Assembly (NCBI GenBank): GCA_965250005.1
Contig: OZ252279.1
Span: 720,001 to 752,000, forward strand
Source of the DNA: Demequinaceae bacterium
GTDB taxonomy: Bacteria; Actinomycetota; Actinomycetes; Actinomycetales; Demequinaceae
Length of the DNA: 32,000 bases
Direction of reading: 5' to 3'
This document shows, in pieces, positions 1-5,750 of the stretch. The position numbers and the translations under genes were made by a program. Each line of letters starts with the position of its first letter. The stretch's first letter is position 1. The notes under the pieces are model-generated. The model was not told where the DNA came from, did no database searches, and was given only the letters and a program-made list of their open reading frames with translations.

Positions 1-40
1 CCACGTCACGGCGAAACTCCTCAGGAAAAACTTTAGGCAT
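1..40 (-). CDS. IS3-family transposase OrfA, first 13 codons only (gene runs off the left edge of the window)
   Basis: The reverse complement of 1-40 reads ATG CCT AAA GTT TTT CCT GAG GAG TTT CGC CGT GAC GTG = MPKVFPEEFRRDV. This is an N-terminus typical of IS3-family OrfA; compare MPAPRKYPQELRDRAIRF of the IS at 15667-16827. A GGAAGGA Shine-Dalgarno (rc of 48-54) lies 7 nt upstream. Confidence 0.6.
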   Translation of the reverse strand, partial: MPKVFPEEFRRDV

Positions 41-90
41 AACAACATCCTTCCACCAAGACCCTCCCAGGTCCCAGAAGTCAGTTGTCA
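1..90 (-). mobile_element. Terminal part of an IS3-family insertion sequence; outer end inferred near nt 90
   Basis: The rc of 61-90 is TGACAACTGACTTCTGGGACCTGGGAGGGTCT. It starts with TGA and carries the same GGAGGGTCT block, at a similar distance from the OrfA ATG, as the orfA-proximal end of the IS at 16800-16827 (TGAATCGCCTCGGGTTTAGTGGAGGGTCT). The exact end cannot be fixed without the other terminus. Confidence 0.5.
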
Positions 91-145
91 CCTATCCCTG
101 CACCAGCCCCTTGGGACTGGATCCCTGGGGTGGGCCGTTCTCGCT

Positions 146-3112
146 TTGGATGAGGACGGCAAGCCGTTTCGCATTGAGCGCATGGGCTCGCGGATATTTG
201 GCACCGGGCGCAAACCGAAGGACAACACGTCGCTTGCGGCGGATCGCACGCAGGCTCGGTCGATGCGCAGGCGCCGCGATCGCTATTTGCGCCGCCGAAA
301 TATGACGATCAACCAGCTCGTCGCGGCTGGTCTCATGCCTGAAGACAAAGCAGCTCGCAAAAAGTTGGTTTCGCTTCACCCCTTCCGGCTACGTTCTGAA
401 GGTCTGCACAGAGAGCTAACGTTGCATGAGCTGGGCCGGGCGCTCTTCCACTTGCAGCAACGTCGGGGGTTCAAAAGCAACCGCAAGGCGGACAAGGGTG
501 ACAGCGATTCGGGAGCCATGAAGACGGCAATTCTGGACACTCAGTCCCGAATTCCTACTGGGGAGACAGTGGGCTCTTATCTTTGGGCACAGATTCTGGA
601 GGGCGAGAGCGCGCGTGCGAGGCGGCGCGGCGAAGGAGCAAAGGCCACCTATGACTTCTACGTGAACCGCCAGATGGTTCAAGAAGAGTTCGACGCATTG
701 TGGGAGTCTCAGAGACGGTTTCACCCCGAAGAGCTCGACCAAGAAGCGTATGACGCAGTCCACTCCGCCATCTTCTTTCAGCGGGCCCTCAAGCGGGTCC
801 AGGTGGGCAAGTGCTTCTTCGAGCGTGAAGAGGAACGGGCGGCCGATGCGTTGCCGTCATCGCAACTGTTCCGGCTGTATCAGGAGGTCAACAACCTCAT
901 GGTCCGCGATCACGATGACGCAACACTGCGCCTTCGACCTCTCACGCGAAACGAGAGGGATAGGGCCATCGAGTACCTCGGCGCGATCAAGGATTCCACC
1001 TTTGCGAAACTCGGCGAGAAGCTCTTCGGCAGGGCGTCTCGGTTTGAATTCAATCTTCAGGCGGGTGAACGCTCCAAGATCAAGGGAAACGACGTCGCCA
1101 GCACTCTCAAGGGGAAGAAGGCATTCGGGCCTTCCTGGTTCACCCTCCCCTTGGATCAGCAAGATGAAATCGCTCAAAGAATTGAAGACGTGGAGTCTGA
1201 AGCGGACGAGGAGGGCCTGGCGTTCTGGCTCCGCGAAGCCCACGGACTATCCCCCGACAACGCGCATCACGTCGCCACCAAAGTGAACTTGCCCGACGGC
1301 CACCGCCGCCTGAGTTCAAAGGCGATCGGCAAAATACTCCCGCACCTCAGTGACGGTTGGGATGAGGAGCATGGTCGCGCGCTCCGGTACAGCGACGCGG
1401 TGGAGCAGGTTGACGAGCCAAACTACCGGAGCCACAGCGAGCAGCACACCGGGGACCTCTTTGAGCATCTCCCCTACTACGGGAAGATTCTCCACCGGTA
1501 CACCGCAGACGTACCACGGCGTGAAGATGAGGCCGTACAGAAAAACACCGACGCGAACGAGTGGGAGTACGGACGCATCGCGAACACCACGGTCCACATC
1601 GGCCTGAACCAGATCCGCAAGGTGGTCAATGCCCTCATCAACGCGTACGGCCTCCCGGCCGAGGTCCACGTTGAAGTAGCCCGCCACCTGGGACAGAGCC
1701 GCGAAGCGCGCATCGAAGACTCAAAGCGGAGGCGCGAAGGGGAGGAGAACAACGAACGGATCCGCGAGATTCTTGAGGATCTGGGAGTCAAGGACAATTA
1801 TGACAACCGCACGCGCGTGAAGTTGTTTGAGGAGCTTGCACCGCTTAGCCACCGGTGCATATTCACTGGCATCCCAATAGCGCGTGCGCGCATGTTCACC
1901 AACGACTACCAGGTGGATCACGTGTTGCCGTATTCGCGGACTCTGGACGACAGTTACGGCAACAAGATCTTGATTCACCACACCGCGAATCAGTTCAAGG
2001 GAAACTACAGCCCGTTTGAGGCGTATGGCGGCAGCGAGGACTGGGACCAGATTCTGGACCGCGCGGAGGCGCTTCCGAAAAACAAGTACAGCCGCTTCAG
2101 CGAAAACGCCATGGAGCGCTACGAGGCGGGTGCCCAGGACTTCATCGCTCGGCAGCTCACGGACACTGCGTACCTGGCCCGGGTGACCAAGATGTACCTA
2201 GCGAGCATTGTTGACCCGAATCACGTTTTCGCGATGCCCGGCCGGCTCACCGGAATGCTACGAGCCAAGTGGGGGCTCAATGGGATCCTGTCGGATTCCG
2301 GGAAGAAGGAGCGCACCGATCACCGCCATCACGCCATTGACGGTGTGGTTATCGCACTTACCGACCGCAGCATGCTTAAGCGAGTTACGGACGCCAACAA
2401 ACGCGCCAGCGAGCAAGGGATGGACCGGCTACTCAAAGAGTTTGAGCTCCCTTGGGACGGCTTCATGGAAGAAATCCAAGCCAAGACGGACGCCATCGTG
2501 ATCTCTCACAAACCTGACCACGGCGCTGGAGGTCAACTGCACGAGGAGACCGCCTATGGAGTGAATGAAGGTCCGGATATGGAGGGTCGTTACCTTACCC
2601 ACCTCGGAGGCAATGACGCGAAGTGGCGGCGGGTCATTCCCATTTTTCGCGAGAGAGAATCACCGGACTCAGCACCGCCTTTCAAAGCGTATATCGGTGG
2701 ATCAAACTACTGCGTCGAGATTGTTCGGCAGTCAACAGGCAAGTGGTCAGGTGAGGTCATCTCTACATTTCAAGCAAACCAGCGCGAATACCAGGCATTC
2801 ATGACGGACCGGAGCCGCTTTTTGCACCATAGCTTCTCGGGGCTTCCGCTAGTAATGCGCTTGATGGCGGATGATGCCATTGCAATTGAGGAGGATGGAG
2901 AGCGCAGGATTATGCGCGTATGCAAAATTGACTCAGCTGGCCCCATGTACTTTGCGGGCCATCTGGAAGGCAACGTAGCTGCGCGTAGCCGGGACAAGTC
3001 GGACTCGTTCTCAATGTTGAAGAAGAGCGCCAATCCTCTTGCGCTTCTGTCTGCACGCCGGGTATTTGTCGACCCACTGGGAAATATCCTTGACCCTGGG
3101 TTTCACGGCTAG
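146..3112 (+). CDS. cas9: Type II-C Cas9, 5'-disrupted: RuvC-I motif lacks the catalytic Asp and there is no ATG/GTG start; possible pseudogene or RuvC-dead variant
   Basis: 988-aa ORF from TTG146.
- Arg-rich bridge helix: RTQARSMRRRRDRYLRRR.
- RuvC-II: VHVEVARHL.
- HNH: YQVDHVLPYSRTLDDSYGNKILIHHTANQFKGN.
- RuvC-III: RTDHRHHAIDGVVIA.
Homology continues upstream of 146 in the same frame to about nt 110 (PLGTGSLGWAVLAL). It is followed directly by cas1 and cas2, with no csn2 or cas4. Confidence 0.9.
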   Translation: MDEDGKPFRIERMGSRIFGTGRKPKDNTSLAADRTQARSMRRRRDRYLRRRNMTINQLVAAGLMPEDKAARKKLVSLHPFRLRSEGLHRELTLHELGRALFHLQQRRGFKSNRKADKGDSDSGAMKTAILDTQSRIPTGETVGSYLWAQILEGESARARRRGEGAKATYDFYVNRQMVQEEFDALWESQRRFHPEELDQEAYDAVHSAIFFQRALKRVQVGKCFFEREEERAADALPSSQLFRLYQEVNNLMVRDHDDATLRLRPLTRNERDRAIEYLGAIKDSTFAKLGEKLFGRASRFEFNLQAGERSKIKGNDVASTLKGKKAFGPSWFTLPLDQQDEIAQRIEDVESEADEEGLAFWLREAHGLSPDNAHHVATKVNLPDGHRRLSSKAIGKILPHLSDGWDEEHGRALRYSDAVEQVDEPNYRSHSEQHTGDLFEHLPYYGKILHRYTADVPRREDEAVQKNTDANEWEYGRIANTTVHIGLNQIRKVVNALINAYGLPAEVHVEVARHLGQSREARIEDSKRRREGEENNERIREILEDLGVKDNYDNRTRVKLFEELAPLSHRCIFTGIPIARARMFTNDYQVDHVLPYSRTLDDSYGNKILIHHTANQFKGNYSPFEAYGGSEDWDQILDRAEALPKNKYSRFSENAMERYEAGAQDFIARQLTDTAYLARVTKMYLASIVDPNHVFAMPGRLTGMLRAKWGLNGILSDSGKKERTDHRHHAIDGVVIALTDRSMLKRVTDANKRASEQGMDRLLKEFELPWDGFMEEIQAKTDAIVISHKPDHGAGGQLHEETAYGVNEGPDMEGRYLTHLGGNDAKWRRVIPIFRERESPDSAPPFKAYIGGSNYCVEIVRQSTGKWSGEVISTFQANQREYQAFMTDRSRFLHHSFSGLPLVMRLMADDAIAIEEDGERRIMRVCKIDSAGPMYFAGHLEGNVAARSRDKSDSFSMLKKSANPLALLSARRVFVDPLGNILDPGFHG

Positions 3113-3118
3113 ATCGCC

Positions 3119-4042
3119 ATGATCGGCCAGGTTGTCGAGATCGTTGAGTCCGACCGCTACCTGTCCCTGGAATACGGAAACATGCTTGTCCGCTCCAAGG
3201 ATCAGGTGCTGGGCAGGATAGCTCTCGACGACATATTGGCCGTTGTCGTCAACCCTCACGGCGCTACCTTGTCAGCCGGAATCATGGCCGAGTTAGCGAC
3301 TCGCAACATTCCGCTAGTTATTGCCGGGAAACATTTCAAACCGGTGGCCGTGCTGATGCCTCTAGTTGGGAACTTTGAGGTCTCAGCCCGCATCGCAGCC
3401 CAAGCAACGGCCTCCGTCCCCACCAAGAAGCAGGCGTGGAAGCAGGTGGTCCAGAGCAAGATCACCATGCAGGCGATGGCCTTGGAAACCACAGGTGGAG
3501 ATGCTGGGCGAATGTGGGACATGATTCCGCAAGTCAGGTCGGGCGACGTGGGTAACCTTGAGGCGCAGGCGGCTCGCCACTATTGGAAACGGATGTACGG
3601 GGAGTCCTTCCGCCGTGACCGCGACCAGCCGGGTATCAACGCGCTTCTCAATTACGGATACGCAGTGATTCGAGCGGCGACGGCGCGGGCCATCGCGGCG
3701 TCCGGGCTCCATCCCAGTCTGGGGATTCACCATGTGAACCCGCTCGACACGATGCGCCTGGTTGACGACCTCATGGAACCGTATCGGCCTCTAATCGACT
3801 TGCGTGTCTACGGAATCCTCAACACCGGGGTTATTGATGTCGTTCCTGAAACCAAGAAGATGCTCGTGGCAGTCCTCTCCACCGATATAGCGACGGAGGT
3901 TGGGTCTAGCCCGGTCTCGATGGCCATGTTCAGAACTGCACAATCGCTCGTGAAGCTCTTCAAGGGCGAGCGAGAGACTCTGGAGCTTCCAGACCAACGA
4001 ACGCGTGAGTCGCTTCCGGATCTGGCTGAAGCGTTCATATGA
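3119..4042 (+). CDS. cas1: Cas1 integrase (type II)
   Basis: 307 aa. Motifs INALLNYGYAVIRAA, GIHHVNPLDTMRLVDDLMEPYRPLID. Starts 6 nt after the cas9 stop. Confidence 0.93.
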   Translation: MIGQVVEIVESDRYLSLEYGNMLVRSKDQVLGRIALDDILAVVVNPHGATLSAGIMAELATRNIPLVIAGKHFKPVAVLMPLVGNFEVSARIAAQATASVPTKKQAWKQVVQSKITMQAMALETTGGDAGRMWDMIPQVRSGDVGNLEAQAARHYWKRMYGESFRRDRDQPGINALLNYGYAVIRAATARAIAASGLHPSLGIHHVNPLDTMRLVDDLMEPYRPLIDLRVYGILNTGVIDVVPETKKMLVAVLSTDIATEVGSSPVSMAMFRTAQSLVKLFKGERETLELPDQRTRESLPDLAEAFI

Positions 4043-4368
4043 GCGAGTTATCGGGGTATCGACTGATGTGGATCGTGACGCTGTTTGACCTCCCGACTCT
4101 TACAAAAGTGCAGCGCCGGGAAGCGAGCATCTATCGTAAGGAGCTCCTGAAGCGAGGGTTCCAGATGGCCCAATTGTCCGTCTACTTCAAGTATTGTCGG
4201 GACAAAGAGCAAGCTCAGGTCGTCGTAAGCGACGTCGTCTCAATCGTGCCCGCTGGTGGCCGCGTGGACGTATTATTGATCACGGACAAGCAGTACGCGA
4301 ATATTGCGACAATCCGTGGAGATCGGAAGGTCAATCGTGAGAATCCATCGCAACTCAGCCTCTTCTAG
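4039..4368 (+). CDS. cas2: Cas2 (type II)
   Basis: 109 aa. The N-terminus YRLMWIVTLFDLPT is typical of the type II Cas2 beta1 strand. ATGA overlap with the cas1 stop. Confidence 0.88.
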   Translation: MSELSGYRLMWIVTLFDLPTLTKVQRREASIYRKELLKRGFQMAQLSVYFKYCRDKEQAQVVVSDVVSIVPAGGRVDVLLITDKQYANIATIRGDRKVNRENPSQLSLF

Positions 4369-4396
4369 CCGCGTGCGCTACGGTTCTCGAGCGACC

Positions 4397-4440
4397 GATC
4401 TGGTTGTTTACCCTGGTAAACCAGGGTAAACAACCAGATC
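4397..4440. terminator. Perfect 44-nt palindrome (20-bp stem, TAAA loop) between cas2 and the CRISPR array; candidate bidirectional terminator or insulator
   Basis: GATCTGGTTGTTTACCCTGG-TAAA-CCAGGGTAAACAACCAGATC, with no mismatch. It lies 28 nt after the cas2 stop and 1 nt before the first repeat. There is no U-tract on either strand. Confidence 0.5.
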
Positions 4441-4441
4441 C

Positions 4442-5530
4442 AGTCTATCGCTCTGGGAAACGAGCCCTGGCCGCAACCGGGTGGCGACTACTGTGCGTTA
4501 GCGACAAAGTCTATCGCTCTGGGAAACGAGCCCTGGCCGCAACTTCTGGCCTGCCGTTGAAGGTAAAACGCCTAGTCTATCGCTCTGGGAAACGAGCCCT
4601 GGCCGCAACTCGAGGTCGTCGTGCCACCAGGCGCAACCGAGTCTATCGCTCTGGGAAACGAGCCCTGGCCGCAACTCATCCACTACTTCCCCATTCCCTA
4701 TGTGAGTCTATCGCTCTGGGAAACGAGCCCTGGCCGCAACTGATAAACCATCGCGCTCTGGATCCTCGAAAGTCTATCGCTCTGGGAAACGAGCCCTGGC
4801 CGCAACTCATAAGTAGCGGCGGCGGGATGCCGCACAAGTCTATCGCTCTGGGAAACGAGCCCTGGCCGCAACACGCCCGGTTGCGATTGTGTGACGGGCT
4901 ACAGTCTATCGCTCTGGGAAACGAGCCCTGGCCGCAACACACGTCTCCTAGTGTTGCGTTAATCATCAAGTCTATCGCTCTGGGAAACGAGCCCTGGCCG
5001 CAACTGGTTCGACACTCAGGCGAACGTCCTCCAAGTCTATCGCTCTGGGAAACGAGCCCTGGCCGCAACTCAACCATAGGCGGGGGGTGGTACCGCGTTA
5101 GTCTATCGCTCTGGGAAACGAGCCCTGGCCGCAACTTAGGAAAGTCCGTGTGGGACAAGGACCGCAGTCTATCGCTCTGGGAAACGAGCCCTGGCCGCAA
5201 CTTCGAGCGTTGCCCGGCCTTCTGCGTCGTAGTCTATCGCTCTGGGAAACGAGCCCTGGCCGCAACTGGGGACCGTTGTAGCCGCTGGTAAGTTCGAGTC
5301 TATCGCTCTGGGAAACGAGCCCTGGCCGCAACCCTTCGCCATTCACAGTTCCGCACTGATTTAGTCTATCGCTCTGGGAAACGAGCCCTGGCCGCAACTC
5401 CTTCGACACAATGGAGCGCATCGAGAATAGTCTATCGCTCTGGGAAACGAGCCCTGGCCGCAACGTACAAACAGTCATGGCGGAGATTGATTCCAGTCTA
5501 TCGCTCTGGGAAACGAGCCCTGGCCGCAAC
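4442..5530 (-). CRISPR. CRISPR array: 17 identical 36-bp repeats and 16 spacers (13 of 30 bp, 3 of 29 bp)
   Basis: Plus-strand repeat: AGTCTATCGCTCTGGGAAACGAGCCCTGGCCGCAAC. Repeat starts: 4442, 4508, 4574, 4640, 4705, 4771, 4837, 4903, 4969, 5034, 5100, 5166, 5231, 5297, 5363, 5429, 5495. The minus-strand reading GTTGCGGCCAGGGCTCGTTTCCCAGAGCGATAGACT has the canonical type II GTTG... start. The strand call is therefore inferred, convergent with the cas genes as in many II-C loci. Confidence 0.97.
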
Positions 5531-5593
5531 CTTACAAAGGCGCGGAACCCTTGTTGTGCGGTTGCGGCCAGGGCTCGGCGGGCACACCTAAGC
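5531..5593 (-). ncRNA. Candidate tracrRNA (anti-repeat region); boundaries unknown
   Basis: 5561-5577 (GTTGCGGCCAGGGCTCG on the plus strand) is a perfect inverted copy of 17 nt of the repeat. A minus-strand RNA would carry CGAGCCCUGGCCGCAAC, complementary to the first 17 nt of the minus-strand crRNA repeat. Upstream, GCUUAGG (rc of 5587-5593) can pair with repeat nt 22-28 (CCAGAGC), giving a bulge plus upper-stem layout. The 30-nt tail contains the hairpin ACAAGGG-UUCCGCG-CCUUUGU. No other anti-repeat was seen in the window. Confidence 0.45.
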
Positions 5594-5633
5594 CTCCATC
5601 GTGCCTTGCGCTCCAAGTAGAGCGGGGCGAAGG

Positions 5634-5707
5634 TGGGCCAGGTGGGGCTCGAACCCACGACCGACGGATTATGAGTCCGCTGCTCTAACCGGCTGAGCTA
5701 CTGGCCC
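5634..5707 (-). tRNA. tRNA with CAU anticodon (elongator Met, or Ile2 if lysidine-modified); CCA not fully encoded
   Basis: The rc reads GGGCCAGTAGCTCAGCCGGTTAGAGCAGCGGACTCATAATCCGTCGGTCGTGGGTTCGAGCCCCACCTGGCCCA. It folds as a cloverleaf with acceptor GGGCCAG/CTGGCCC, anticodon loop CTCATAA and T-loop TTCGAGC. The anticodon stem lacks the three G-C pairs of an initiator tRNA. Confidence 0.9.
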
Positions 5708-5750
5708 TTGCGTGCAAGGTACAGGCTAGTCGGCTATGCGGTATCCGGTT

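Noticed and set aside
111-122. Frame +3 reads L-G-L-D (ttg gga ctg gat), which looks like the missing Asp-containing half of the RuvC-I motif and suggests a frameshifting deletion.
   Set aside because: Frame +2 gives an 11-residue contiguous match (LGTGSLGWAVL) that runs straight into the rest of Cas9. The 4-residue match in the other frame comes from the same nucleotides read with a one-base shift. It is most simply a coincidence and cannot be shown to be ancestral.
4442-4477. An internal hairpin in the repeat (GCUC...GAGC or GGG...CCC), which might suggest Cas6-type processing.
   Set aside because: Only 3-4 bp can pair. Type II repeats are processed through the tracrRNA duplex, and no cas6 gene is present.
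4442-5530. Plus-strand transcription of the array, in the same direction as cas9-cas1-cas2.
   Set aside because: In that orientation the repeat would start AGTCTATC rather than the canonical GTTG. The 17-nt anti-repeat would also pair with the repeat half that is removed from mature crRNA. This is not excluded experimentally.
4404-5658. Long ORFs across the CRISPR array on both strands (4404..5291 +, 4676..5200 -, 5098..5658 -, 4498..4683 -, 5411..5620 +) with repetitive peptides such as VYRSGKRALAAT, SIALGNEPWPQ and LRPGLVSQSDRL.
   Set aside because: They are translations of the 36-bp repeat in different frames. The periodicity is that of the array (65-66 bp), not of a protein repeat.
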